64,000 nucleotides of DNA from Octopus sinensis (Eukaryota): positions 81,096,001-81,160,000 of the forward strand of contig NC_043005.1 in assembly GCF_006345805.1 (NCBI RefSeq), read 5' to 3'. Position numbers and translations under genes: made by a program. Below are positions 40,100 to 54,589 of this stretch, one piece after another (the first letter of the stretch is position 1; every line of letters starts with the position of its first letter). The notes beneath the pieces are model-generated. The model worked only from the letters and a program-made list of their open reading frames with translations. It did not search any database and was not told where the DNA came from.

Positions 40100-41275
40100 G
40101 CATTCATGGATCTTGAAGTCGCTGGATATCTTCAAAATTTCTCCTGTAATTTCAGACTTCCTGAAACACATGTCAGTGTGGAATACGAACCTCCAATTAT
40201 ACCATTGTAATGGAGTATAGACTTCAAACAATATTAATATCAACTATGACATTTGACAAGGTGACTCACTTTCACTTCTTTTTTTTTGCGTAGACCTAAT
40301 ATCTCTCACGAGTGAACTTAATAGAACAGGGTATGAGTATAAAATCGACAAGAAAATGCGTCAGAAAGTTACTGTTTGTAAATCACACAACGAGAGATAT
40401 TCAGCAACAGTACTTTGGAATGACGATTGTTTGCCAACCTAAAATGGCACTGCTGGTTTAGGACGAATGTTGCTGTAATTGTATAAGGATGTTGCTGTAA
40501 TATAAGGACACAGATCGTGTCATATTGCCAGCTGGAGGCAACGTCTCCTGGGGCTAAATTACAGCAACATTCATCCTAAACCAGGACTGCAACGTTTGTT
40601 GGCAAACAGTCTTTACTCCAAGAAAATAAGTCACCTATTTTATATGAATGATTTAAAACTCTGTAGCAATGACAATAATGAGATTAAAGGCCTAATAATA
40701 CTGCTAAAGCATTCAGTGATGACATCAAGATGGAATTTGGTCGTGATAAATGTGCCAAGGCCATTTCCAGAAAGACAGATTAATAACCTCACATCGAGCG
40801 GTGTTAGATGTTGACACCGTTATAAGATAACTTGATCAGGAACAAACGTACAAATACCTCGGAATAAATGGGGGCTCTGGCATTCAGCATGCAAGCATGA
40901 AAGAGAAGATCAGAAAAGAATGTTACTGGAGAGTTCGAGCAGTCCTGAAATTTGAGTTTAATACCCATAAGAAAGTGTTAGCCATAAATTCTTTAGCAGT
41001 TTCAGTTGTTATTTATAGTTTCCATGTATTGAACTTGACTATCAGCGAAATAAAGAAAATTTACAGGAAAATCCGTGAGCTGCTGACCTGCAATGAGATG
41101 AATCGCCGAAAGGCAGACGCAGATCCCAAATATCTACAAACATCTAACGACTGGATGCTAAAACACGTTGAAAACTACGAGAGACGTAAGAAGCTTCATT
41201 CTATCTCGAAGGAGAGCAAAACATTTGCCAGTGAGCTCATGCATGATACCCAGGTTGAACAGCATGAGAGAATTA
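40100..41275 (+). mobile_element. R4/Dong-like RT fragment (stack element 1)
   Basis: QGDSLSLLFF, ISHLFYMNDLKL, YKYLGIN, KEKIRKECYWRVR, LAINSLAVSVVIYSF. Confidence 0.82.
40358..40618. mobile_element. hairpin-forming insertion with a 9-bp target-site duplication
   Basis: CAAGAAAAT at 40349-40357 and 40619-40627; removing the insert rejoins YKIDKK/ISHLFYM; internal inverted arms about 40411-40485 and 40550-40621. Confidence 0.75.
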
Positions 41276-41279
41276 ATTA

Positions 41280-42725
41280 GCTGTAGCATGAAGAAATGGA
41301 AAGTAGATCTCTAGTCAGGTGACACGTTCTTAGGAAAGTTAATATCAAAAGAGAACTTTTCCAGGGGGACTCGTTGTCCCCTTTAATGTTTGTCTTATGT
41401 ATGATCACCCACAGTTTAGTATTAAGAAAGGTAAAGGCAGGGTACCAGCTCAGAAATAGTAAGGGAAAATTAATCATTTGCTCTACATGGATGATCAGAA
41501 GCTTTTTAGTAAGAATGAAAAAGGCATAGATTCCTTAATACAGACTGGAAGACACTTTATAAAAGATATATGCATGGAACATGGCAGAGACAGGTGTGCA
41601 AATTTAGTAAAGAATAAGCGACAGGTAGTCAACAGCGAAGGTATCCAATTACCAGATGGCCAGACATTAAAATCATTGAAAGCAGGAAAGAGTTGTGAGT
41701 ATCCAGGTGTATTAGAATCGGACAGGGTACTAACTACATAAATAAAAACAAAAATTGAGAAGGAGTGCGTCAGAAGGGTAAGGAAGCTAATGGAGACAAA
41801 GCTAAATGGTTCGAATTTCGTGAAGGCTGTAAATACTGGGGCAATGTCATCGCTTAGATACTCAGCGGGTTTTGTAGAGTGGACAAAAACTGAATTAGCA
41901 AAAAATAGTCAGAAGAACTAGAAAGGAATTCAATATAGGCAGGAGTAGCAAAATTATACCTTCCTAGAAAGGAAGATGGAAGAGGGTTAATATCAGTAGA
42001 AAACTGCGTAGAGTTAGCTAGAACAGATAAGACTCCTATATAGGTAATAGTGAAGAAAATTTATTAAAAGCTGCTAGAGTCACTGCAGGACATAGGGAAA
42101 CCAGAAAAAAGAACATAAATTAACTTACTGACAGGAGACGGCGCTGCATGGTAGATTCCCAACGACAGTTGCAGTAAATAGTAGTAGTGAGACATGGTTA
42201 TGCTTGTAGAAATGAAAGCTGAAGAGGGAGACAGAAAGTTCGTTTGTAGCTGCACAAGATCGACCATTAAGGACCATAAAGATAAAAGCCAAGATAGACA
42301 AAAACCAAGTATTTTCACAACGTATATTATGCAAATCAAAAGAGGAAAGCATTAGTCACATTGTACGTGAATGTAGCATGCTGGCTCAGAAAGAATACCA
42401 GAAAAGACATTACAACCTAGGGAGATTAATCTATTTAAAGCTATGTAGAAAGCTAGCATGTGAAAATACTGATAAATTGTATGAAAAAGAACCTGGTAAA
42501 GTACTAGAAAGTAAGAAATACAAGATGTAGGACTTTAACATTCAGGCTGACAGAGTAATAGAAGCAAAAGTTCTAATTTGGTAGTTGTAGATAAAGAGAA
42601 TAGAAAGTGCCAGATAATTGAGTTTACAATCCCAAATGATGAAGAAATTAATGCGAGAAGTATAGAAAAAATAGCAAAGTACCAGGATCTAGCTATTGAA
42701 TTACAAAGGCTATGGAAAGTGTGGA
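41280..42725 (+). mobile_element. R4/Dong-like RT-to-RLE fragment (stack element 2)
   Basis: LFQGDSLSPLMF, LYMDDQKL, LYLPRKEDGRGL, CQIIEFTIP, KYQDLAIELQRLW. Confidence 0.85.
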
Positions 42726-42729
42726 TAAA

Positions 42730-43410
42730 AATGTTCTTCCCAAGAATAAGCATTAAGAACCAATTGCATCAAATAGAGAATAGACAATACATCAGAAGTG
42801 ATAAGTGCAGAGTTTGTGGACAAAATGGTGAAAGCGTATGGTATATTACCATTGTACGCCATTAGTCTAGAAAGAATATAAGAGACGTTATGACAATATA
42901 GCAAAATAGTCCAATGGACACTTTGCGATAAGTATGGACTTGAGAGAGCAAAAATGTGGTACGAACATAAACTCGAAGACATCATCGAAAATGATAATGC
43001 GAAGATCCTATGAGATTTTATGATTCAGTGCGACCATGAAATTGAGAAAAGGAAACCGGACATGATGTTAAGTGAGAAAGAAAGCAAACGATGCTGGATC
43101 GTAGACAACAAGGTATGCGATAAGGAAAAAAGAGAAGTCGATAGATATAACAGGTTGGCCTGGGAGGTTAAGAAGTTGTGGTCGCTGTACCAATAATTGT
43201 CGGAGCCCTAGGAACCGTGAGTAAAATTCTAGAGAAGTACATGGAAAAAATAGGAGCTGCAATAAGTGTGGAACACTTGCAGAAAACAGCACTGATTTGA
43301 ACCGCACAAATAATCCAACTTGCTTGAATAATAAGGGGTGTTACCTCGGTTCACTGGTAGTGGACAGCTGACACCGTAGTACATCTATAGTGTTAGAAGC
43401 TGTGCAAAGA
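42730..43410 (+). mobile_element. R4/Dong-like 3' fragment (stack element 3), (GAA)n tail
   Basis: DKCRVCGQNGESV, YKRRYDNIAK, WYEHK, DFMIQCDHEI, PIIVGALG. Confidence 0.82.
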
Positions 43411-43494
43411 CAAGAAGAAGAAGAAGAAGAAGAAGAAGAAGAAGAAGAAGAAGAAGAGAAGAAGAAGAAGAAGAAGAGAGAGAGAGAGAGAGAG

Positions 43495-43856
43495 AAACTG
43501 TCAGATCATTGATGTAGCCAAAGCAGATGACATGAATGTTGTGAGGAAAGAGGATGAAAAACCAACAAGTACTCCGAATTGAATTGGAAATGGCAAGACT
43601 GTATGGAATGCGCGAGAGTAACATCAGAGTGATACCAGTGATGATTGCAGCGATGGGAACAATTCGATTGAAACTTCAAAACTTCTTAAGGCAACTGGAA
43701 TTCCCATGCAAGATTGATGTCTTGCAAAAAGCAGCCTTATTGGGCACAGCGCACATCTTGAGGAAAGTATTATCTGTCTGAGATCCTTGTTGTGACTTGA
43801 CAGATGACTAAAGAGTTGGTGCATTTTTACCTACACTGTGTTACGAAGGAATAAAA

Positions 43857-43857
<1 letters not shown>
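43495..43857 (+). mobile_element. R4/Dong-like 3' fragment (stack element 4)
   Basis: CQIIDVA, VIPVMIAAMG, LQKAALLGTAHILRKVL; followed by (TAA)n. Confidence 0.85.
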
Positions 43858-43933
<76 letters not shown>

Positions 43934-44487
43934 TGGAAGCTATGCCAACGTTATGGAATAACAACAGAAAAAAGATGGTATAAGCACACACCAGAAAAGG
44001 TCACAGAAAACGAGAAAGCAACCATACTCTGGGATATGCCGATACACACAGATAGAGAAATTAAGGCCAACAGACCAGATATAGTTGTCAGAGATCATGA
44101 AGAAAAAAATGCTTTCTAATTGATGTATCAATACCGGTAGATGACAACGTGTCTCTAAAAGAAATGGAGAAACTCTCAAAATACAAAGATCTGGAAATAG
44201 AGGTAACGAGAATGTGGAATCTAAAAACAGAAACAATTCCTATCATAGTAGGTGCATTAGGCATGATAAAAATATATTCAGACAAATACATAACAAAAAC
44301 ACCCGGACTTACAAACACATATAACATACAGAAAATTGCACTACTAGGCACTGCATACATCCTACGCAGAACACTTTCCATACAATAACCATCAGAGCAT
44401 CACTACAAATCACAGCACATACCTAAGGCTCACAGAGCTGCGCTCGGTAGTGAAGTGAAAGCACGCTATAAAAATAAAACTACTGAA
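43934..44487 (+). mobile_element. R4/Dong-like 3' fragment (stack element 5), same family as 131-3181
   Basis: High-identity reverse complement of about 135-690; (TAA)n on both sides. Confidence 0.92.
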
Positions 44488-44501
44488 TAATAATAATAAT
44501 A

Positions 44502-44536
<35 letters not shown>

Positions 44537-44542
44537 TAATAA

Positions 44543-44573
<31 letters not shown>

Positions 44574-45229
44574 AGAAGAAGAAGAAGCAGAAAAGAAGAA
44601 GAAGAACAACAACAAACGAATGAGAAGAGCTTGTACACTGTTGACTAACTCTGTAAAGTAGACACATTAAATAAACACTAACAAACACACACACATTCGA
44701 ACGCGCCCATGTTAGGTTTTTTCAAAGGAATTGGGAATGTACAACTATGAATGATACACAGCGACAGTGGATTTGCAATGTTAAGTCCGTTGACGATCGG
44801 TTACCTTCATCAAAGATTTATTTGAGGCGAAACAAGTGAAAGAATGTAAAAAAGAATTACAGCAGGAAAATTAATTAAAAAATTTGAGTAAAATAATGAA
44901 TTGTCCCCGAAAGAATGCAACACAAATAAATAAATAAATAAATCTTAAAATATTAATATCACCAATTAGAAAATCTTCGACCATCTCCTCTTCTATATTT
45001 CATTAATGTACTTGAAAATAACATGTTTTTTCTTTCAATCCTTGCTTCTCAATATCTTTGAAATCAAAGTCCCCAGTTAATTTCGGATTTCTTAATCATG
45101 TCCAACTGTTTCATTCATCAATGACGTTCGCCATCTTCTTTTGTAAAACTCTTTGTGCCTCGTTTTCGTCTCACACCAGCCTCTCTTTTTCTCCTTCTCT
45201 CTTTGTACCCACCGATTCTCTCTTTATCC

Positions 45230-45267
<38 letters not shown>

Positions 45268-45649
45268 CTTCAGTCGTCACTACTTGTTCCACTTTTTCAA
45301 CCTTTGTCTGTGTCTCTCATTTCATAATCCTCTCTTTGTAAGTCTTCTATTAATTTCTCGTTGCATCGCTATATGTTTCTTGTGTCCAATTAAATATTTC
45401 ATTGTGTCTGTGGGTTTGAAATTTCATCAAAGAAATTGTAAAGAGAAAATCAAAAAGCAAGGACAGAATCAGCAGAAAAAGCAAAACAATAGAACAGGTT
45501 TGAATGAAATACCAACAAGTTCATCGAACAAGTGAATATGTATGTGTAACTGAAGATGTGTACGTCACTATAAGGTGTACTTGGATATATGCAAATAAGT
45601 CACCGTAAGTTGACGTGCGTCTTTATGCGTGTTGTGCGGTATAAAGCTA

Positions 45650-46510
<861 letters not shown>

Positions 46511-47414
46511 ATTACTGATGTCGATAAACGTACGGATGTAACGGGATTTCTGTCAATGTAGAATTATGTATATTAGTATAACTGTCAGCGTATATGTTTC
46601 TAAGAGTGCAGACGGTGCGTATGTTCGCTCAAACGAATACGAATGTACAGATGCGTAAACTTGTAAGTATGTGTGTTCTAACAGTGTAGAAAACAGCCAG
46701 AAAATTGCACCCATAAGAGAATGCAATTCCAATTGTTCGTTTGCCTGTGTGGCAGAATAAACTAGAGTGTCGGATAAATACGTGGAACATTGCTTTTGTC
46801 GTTTTCGGAGTTCTGAGTTCAAATCTTATACAAATTACTAAACCCACTAAAAAATAACCCAGTGGTTATGCTTCTTGATGGCAGCTCACCTAGCTAGAAG
46901 TAGTAGCTAATATTACCTGAACCTTCCTGTGAAAACATGGATGCTCACATTCAGAAATACAATCATAGGACATGTTAAGATTATTTCTACAGATGTCTCT
47001 ATAGCAATTAAAGCCAGCACTGATTTGCTACGATGTTTCATATTCGAATAAATGTAATGCAGACAACAATTCAATCGAAGATGTAAGAATGGGTAATGGG
47101 TGTGTATGTCATAATTCTGGAGTTCTTTCTCCTTCTTCAACACCGAATCCTGCCAATTGACCACCAACGAACTCATTGCGATCTGATATTATTGGATATG
47201 CCATCTTTACATATTAAAGACATTCCTGGCAGCTTCTACGTAAATATTAATGAATATTAGGGACACCGTATTTCGTTATGCGACGATAACATGCTATAAA
47301 ATATAAGAAACATTTTTATAAATCAATACCATATTCTACTGTGTTAGCAGTGCCATTAAATCACTTGCTAAGGATATCTCTATAGATTTTCAATAAAAAT
47401 TTTAATCAGCACTG

Positions 47415-47560
47415 ATTTTACATTATTTACATTCGACGGATATTCGTCCTCATTTTGTTTGTTGTTGGCACAACATTCCGGCTGATATACCCTCCAGCCT
47501 TCTTCGGGTGTCTTGGGGAAATTTCGAACCTGGATTCTCATTCCTAAGGTATTTTTCGGA

Positions 47561-47600
<40 letters not shown>

Positions 47601-47780
47601 TATTATTATTATTGTTGTTGTGTTGTTGTTGTTGTTCTTGTTCTTGCTGTTCAGGTCAATGCTTGGAATTGAACTCGGAATCTTGGGATTAGGTGCTCGC
47701 TCTCTTAACCACTATACCATATGCCCGTGGGCATATGAGAAACCAGATTCGAAATTTCCACAAGACAGCTATGATTTACA
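47415..47780 (-). mobile_element. SINE family D, full-length copy with a decayed hammerhead and an inverted partial copy at the head
   Basis: Head 47726-47650 (GGGCATATGGTATAGTGGTTAAG..GTTCAATTCC); hammerhead region 47468-47512 (CCGAAGA..GGCUG/CAGCC..GGAA); CATATGCCC-GT-GGGCATATG junction followed by plus-strand body sequence. Confidence 0.82.
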
Positions 47781-48371
47781 GTCATAAACTGTTCATTTGG
47801 AAAGTAGTAATTGCTGACCACGAAAGTTTTATATTGCATTTGAGAACTTTATTCATTATTTGGTTTTGCAAGAAAGTGTCATTTTTCAGAACAACCAATG
47901 TCGCTCCACATAGGAACCAGAAATTGTCTGTCTAATCAACTTGATGTCAGGCAAATCAGAACGCGAACTAGATAAGTAATGTCTCTAGTTATATGGAAAG
48001 TACAAATGTCAGATAAAACACATTATTTTCTTCTCGTTTTGATTCGTCAGAAAGCAATGCATTTCTCGAGATGATAATAAACAATGTAACAGTTGCGACA
48101 TAGGGGACGACCATAATTACCAGGTTATCTGAAATATATGCTCAAGCTTGCTGACAAGTCATACGTAAACACACAAGCCCACATACGCACATATAAGCAC
48201 GTATATCTGACATGTATATATTATATGCGCATATATGTGTACACAAGCATGCATATACACACATGAACACATACATACGCCTCTCTCCCCCCTCTCTCTC
48301 TCTTTGTACACACACACATATAAATAGATAGATTGATAAATGCATATTTATGTATATATATATATATCAAT

Positions 48372-48416
<45 letters not shown>

Positions 48417-48510
48417 TATTTATATATATATAATATATATATATATATACGTATATATACATACATATATATATATATGAATATTATATATATATATATT
48501 ATATAATATA

Positions 48511-48591
<81 letters not shown>

Positions 48592-49502
48592 CGTACATAC
48601 TACCTAATACATATAAAGATACGCACACACATGCATATATATATGTTTGTATTTGTAAGGTCATAATAAATTCTAGTTCATGTGGGTAGTCATATAAGAT
48701 AAGCATATTTTGATATTTCGGTTGGTAATGTGCAATGCTGTTTTCTCAAGGGGTAATATTATTGTCAGCAAGTACAAATAGTAATAATAATTGGATTTTA
48801 CAAGCACCACCGATCGCATGTAAATTTGCTTAGTGCCTGGAGTTTGACGTTTTATGAAAATTGATGACATGGCAGATGAGAAAATAAGCTGTGCCGGGGA
48901 AAAAAGGCAATACTCTGTCGCGTAAAGCAAAGAACTATATTAACAATTATTTGGCATGTTTTTACAATGAATAATTGCACGGAGATTTATTTATCTAACA
49001 CACATAAATATACAGCCCTCGATTGTAATTGATCTATTATCATATATATATAATTGATTGAATATCGAGATCTATTGATTTAACAATAATTTTCCTTCAA
49101 AATTTAACCCAATTGGAATATTAACTCTACAATGACATTCAATAACACAACATATTAAAAAAAGATAGTGTCCTACATCTTATCTGAATTTTAAGCTCTG
49201 CCAAGCAAGCTCAAACGCCAAAAAATCTATGGCATTTAATATTTTCACTTATCAAAGGGCGGCCACGCTGGGACACTGCTTTGAGAGGGGTTTAATCTAA
49301 CTAATCGATCCCTGTCATTCTTATTTTCAAGATTAGTTCTTATTCTACCAATTCCTTCTGCTCAACAGCTTAGTTATATAATCTGATTAAAACCGGTTGC
49401 TTAGCACAAAAACACACCTTTAGATATATGCATACCCATACCTATATCTATCTATCATCTATCTATCTATCTATCTATCTTCTATCTATCTATCTATCTA
49501 TC

Positions 49503-49547
<45 letters not shown>

Positions 49548-49577
49548 TATCTATCTATATATATATATATATATATC

Positions 49578-49613
<36 letters not shown>

Positions 49614-49698
49614 ATATATAAACTGTACTGGGAGGAGAAGAAGAAGAACGAAACCAAACGGAACGAATCGAATTGACGCCAAGGCTCTCAGTCATACA

Positions 49699-50300
49699 AT
49701 AGTGTAATAAATAAAATATATGCATACATACCTACATATATGTACGTAGCTACATCTACATGTATATATACATGCATATATAAATATATATACGTGAGTA
49801 CAGGACACCACAGATAGACGCAGAACTCAACGAGAACGAAAACTTAAAATCAAGCATGGAACGAACCGTTTTTACAAAGAAAAAACAGAGTACTAGACAA
49901 ACTACACAAGGAAAAATCGTTTTTACGTCCTGTTTGTGTCACATTTTGTTCTTTCCTTGTTTTTTACCCTCTGCGAAGTAATTTCCTTTAATTCTTCGCA
50001 GGAAGGGCTAGTTCGAAGAGTCCTGGTTCTGTCCTCACCTCGAAACACGCTGGAGTTGAACTAGGGACAGCTGATGAAGGGGGATTTCCTTGTGTAGTTT
50101 GTCTAGTACTCTGTTTTTTCCTGTAAAACAAAGGTTCGTTCCATGCTTGTTTTTACGTTTTCGTTCTCGTTGAGTTCTGCGTCTATTTGTGGTGTCCTGT
50201 ACTCACGTATATATATTTATATATGCATGTATGTATACATGTAGATGTAGGTACGTACATATATGTATGTAGCTATGCATATATTTTATTATTACACTAT
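49699..50300. repeat. inverted repeat, ~215-bp arms and ~170-bp spacer
   Basis: 49699-49915 is the near reverse complement of 50084-50300. Confidence 0.88.
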
Positions 50301-50301
50301 T

Positions 50302-50339
<38 letters not shown>

Positions 50340-50344
50340 ATATA

Positions 50345-50990
50345 TATATATATATCTGTATAGGGGAATCATAACCGTGTTTCGTAGTCTGCTACCAAAA
50401 CAGCTCATTTATAGGATCCAGTTAGCTCAAGGCATCATCAGGAGGAACCACGCCCTGTTTCGGCCCCTACTCCTCTACCGTTAGGAGCTGTCTTCAGCTC
50501 TGGTGTTGGGTGCATGTCTTCTTTCTTCTTCTTTCTTCTGTTCCCTGGCCTCTTCGATGTATCGTCAGCGAGTGTCAGCCGGTGACTGACTGACTTGTCA
50601 AATTTTTCCCTTTAAATACCTGCTGCTAGGCTCCAGCAGGCAACCCCAGCAAGCTGTCACGTGACACTGTCTCACCTTCACTGGCTAGTGAAAGCGCGTA
50701 GTTTTAGCCCGCGCATTCTCTAAACGAGCGTTACCTGTCAGTCAGCGAAGCTGATTCAGTGTCAGCTTGTCTCACCTAATGATGTTATTTCCCGCCGACA
50801 TGTTATGACTTTCAAGCCATTTTCGATCTTCCCGCTTCAGCGATATATAGAAGCTGGCTTTTCGACCGCCTCCTGTACTCTCCTTATTAGTTTTCGCAGC
50901 TCGGAACTAGAAAAAACAAATCTTGTTTTGAAAAGCGTTTTCATTTTCCTTTCAATGACGCCTCTAGCCTCCATATATTGGAAGAAATAA
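50345..50990 (-). mobile_element. probable Penelope-like 3' end
   Basis: RRVQEAVE..KPASIYR.SG resembles the GIY-YIG C-terminus; then GTATTTAAAG and CUGAAGA..GCUCCUA/UAGGGGC..GAAAC (50451-50503) with poor stems I and III. Confidence 0.55.
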
Positions 50991-51399
50991 GGTACTCAGA
51001 AATCTGGATGGTTTTATATTTACAGATTTTTATTAATATGTCTCATGTTTTTTTATAAATCATATATCAGCGCTTGCATCTACTCTAGTTGACTCTTTAG
51101 ATTTGAATGTGTTTGAGATGATTTCGCTCTTTTTATTGAGTGTTGGGATAGGGAGAGAGATAGGATAGTAAAAGAGGGTGGTGAATGAGGGAAAGTGAAA
51201 GGAGTGTCAATGGAGGAGAAAAGGAAACAACGAAGGAACAGAGAAAGAAGAAAAAAATTGTTTTTCTTTCTGTCTTCCTTCTTTCTTTCCTTCTGTTCTC
51301 CATTGACACTCTTTTCAGACACACACACACACACCCACTCATACACACACACAAACACAGACACACTCAGACACAATAGTCGCTGTTTTGATAAGTGTC

Positions 51400-51880
51400 A
51401 TCATTTTAACCAGCTGTGATTCGGCACTTTAACTCGATTGATCTTACAGTTTGCTATAACGCCGCGATCGCGCAGGATTATTTGCACGTCGGACATGTTG
51501 AACGGCATTTCCTCCGTCTTTACATTCTGAGTTCAAATCCCGCCGAGGTCCACTTTGCTTTTCATCCTTTCAAATGTCAATAAAATAAATAGCAATTGAG
51601 TAGTGGCGTCGATATAAATGAATTACTCCTCCCCCAAAATTGCTGGCCTTCACCAACATTTCAAATCGATATTATCTATTACTAACAGGTGGAGAGTCGA
51701 CATAGTCGTTAGAATGCTGGGTTAATTGTTTAGAAACATTCGTCCGTCTTTATATATAAGGCTGAATTTCTTTTTATGTTTTCAGGGTGAATAAAGTAAG
51801 TACCAAGTTCAGAACTGGAGTCGATGTAATTGACTTCTACCCACCTTGATAATTGCTGACCTTATGTCAAAATTTAAAAC
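51400..51880. mobile_element. degenerate SINE B copies
   Basis: TTCTGAGTTCAAATCCCGCCGAGGTC..TTTCATCC at about 51525-51575; a further copy at about 51690-51880. Confidence 0.7.
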
Positions 51881-52693
51881 CATTCTTAAATATAATTTGG
51901 AGAATATTTGGCCGTGATTTTCACCATTTCATTTTTCTGCCCGGATTGCAGTGCTTTATAATGTAAATTCAAGCATTAGAGGCATGTTAAGTGAAAGATA
52001 ATATAATATTCATTTTACTAATGAAAACGTTTTTATATAATTGTATGAAAGAAAACCACTTTCTGTTAATCCGTTTAACACACGATGACGCTATAGCGGG
52101 CAAGATTTACTTTGAATCTACCTATCGAAGGTGCATATATAGGTGGCCATATTGTTTTATGCTTAAGGTTCACTAGTTGAGTGTGACATCGTTATTTTCA
52201 GGTGTAAACGAAATGTATAAATAAAAATTAAACATGTAGCTGTCTAATTTTGTGATATCTAGAGAAGTGTTGTGAAACGAAACAGTGCTCGCTAAAGCGT
52301 ACTTGCGTGTTCAAATTATAGGATAAAGATATACCAAAAGGTATTCTATTTATGAAATTCCTATTTCCAAATACAATTTTCACTCTGTGAATTCGACAGA
52401 AATGTTTTTGCTTTCTTTAATGCTACTTGGTTTCCGCCGCAACGTTATTTTATTTGGCATCATAATAGAATATACTCATACTCAAATATATATATATATA
52501 TAATTTATAAATAAAATTCTGTTTGCACCGTATGTATTGAATATAGGAAATAGTCTAATATAAGGTATTATCCTAGTACCCATTTCACATCCGTCGTGAT
52601 CTAATAATTATATTTACAAAATTCGTATCCTCACCACAGTTTCTAAACTTACGCAGATATATATTATATATGAGAATAAGAAGAAGAAAAGAA

Positions 52694-52724
<31 letters not shown>

Positions 52725-53067
52725 AAGAGAAGAAGAAGAAGAAGAAGAAAAGAAGAGAAGAAGAAAAGAAAGAAGAAAAAAGAAGAAGAAGAGAAGAAGA
52801 AGAAGAAGAAGAAGAAGAAGAAGAAGAAGAAGAAGAAGAAGAAGAAGGATGAGAATAAAAATTAAATATAAAAATAAAGACACCAAAAGAAGAAAAATAA
52901 AGATAAATCTAATTGTAATTGTGAACGAAGGGGAGGAGAGTTAAGTCCATCAAGAATAAAGGAATGGAATATACTGGCGTGGCCGATATTGTGTGAATTT
53001 TCAAGAGATAGCTGGTGTGGTGTTTACTGGTTGAAGGTCACATATTCAGTTCTGTCACATTGTATGG

Positions 53068-53101
<34 letters not shown>

Positions 53102-53284
53102 ATATATTATATATATGCTTGCGTGTGTGTATGTATATATACATACATACATACATATACTAATACACGTATACGCTCTTAACCATTATACCTCTGCATG
53201 TACACACACATGCGCGCATGTATATATATACATATATATATATATATACATATATATGTATGTATGTATATACATATAGATATG

Positions 53285-53807
53285 TCTATTATATAAAATC
53301 CGTTCTGTCTGTGTGTGTCTGTGTCTTCTAGGATCTCGGGCATCCTCCATCCGATTGCACTCAAATTTGATATTTAGATACTGACGATATCTGGGCGTGT
53401 AGAAGTCTTTAAAAAATTACAAAAATCGATTCCAATTGAGAATGCGATCGATAAAACCGTGGGAACGTGCGTTTGTACGCGTTAGTACATCAGCTCCTTT
53501 GATCGATTCTACGCGTACGTGAGAAAAATGCACGTGTAGTTTGCGCAAAAAAAGCCGGCTGGCTTGAAATAATGCCAAAAATTTAAGATGCAAAAGAGAT
53601 ATTTTCTTCAAACTTGGCATGAAGGAAGGAAAGACAATTTTGTTTCTCAAGAAGTGTTTTTTTCCCCTAACTTCGTTTAACAAAGCCAAAAATTTTATTG
53701 AATTAAAGGCATGCTTCATTATTTTTTAGTAAAAAGAAAACACTGATTGCTTTTTATTCAGAAGATATGATTCAGCACCGTCCATTGGACGGGGGGCATT
53801 TTGCTCG
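53285..53807 (+). mobile_element. non-autonomous Helitron-like element
   Basis: 5' TCTATTATATAAAATCC followed by a (GTCT/GT)-type microsatellite; 3' hairpin CCGTCC-ATT-GGACGG (53778-53792) about 12 nt before CTCG. Confidence 0.55.
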
Positions 53808-54589
53808 TATATATATATATATTATATATATATATATATATATGTTTGTGTATGTGAGTGTCTCTTAACAGTATATATTTGTGTTATTAATGATAATTTC
53901 TTTATCCCACCATCATCTGGTTTGGGGCATATTTAAGATTCGTACCTATCTGACTTATTTTTGTGTTATTGCTTTCCACAGTCGATTTCTTGTTGTTTCC
54001 AAACGTATTCCTATCTATATTACTTTTGCAACGTGAAACATTAATTGATCCAAGCACTTATAATAATAGGTTCCATTATACCCTCTGATACTAGTTTCAT
54101 GTTAACATTTTGGTTTCCAGAGAATGCCACACCATTGTATAAGTTAACTAATCCACGTAGTCATAAGTAAGGTAAAAGTTTTGTTTCTAATATAGTACTG
54201 TTTCGTTGTCAATAACATTATATCCCTGTATTTGTCGGTTATCTTAACTCCCGTTGAGATGATAATCTATAACCGGCTGTTATACATTTGACATAAGTTT
54301 TATTTTGCCAGCACTTTTTACATAGTCTTCGTACAAAACTGATAATTAACCTTTTAAATGATCAGTAACGCTTTGGATATAGTAAGTGAAACTACAAAAT
54401 TATTGTTACCTTCTTCAAGTTCTCTGATACATTGAGATATACTTTTTCCATAGATAAAATGTCGTAGAAATATTGTCTGGTATAGATCATTCAATCTGTG
54501 TATCCTTTTCTTGCGTTCAACGCTTAGAAATTCTTAAGCGCTTAATGTAGTATACTTTTACGCTGATGTTAGGTTTCACAAATGTTTTT

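Noticed and set aside
50035-50095. Type-II hammerhead reading of CCTC-GAAA..CTGATGA-AGGGG
   Set aside because: No valid UH cleavage site or stem I could be formed.
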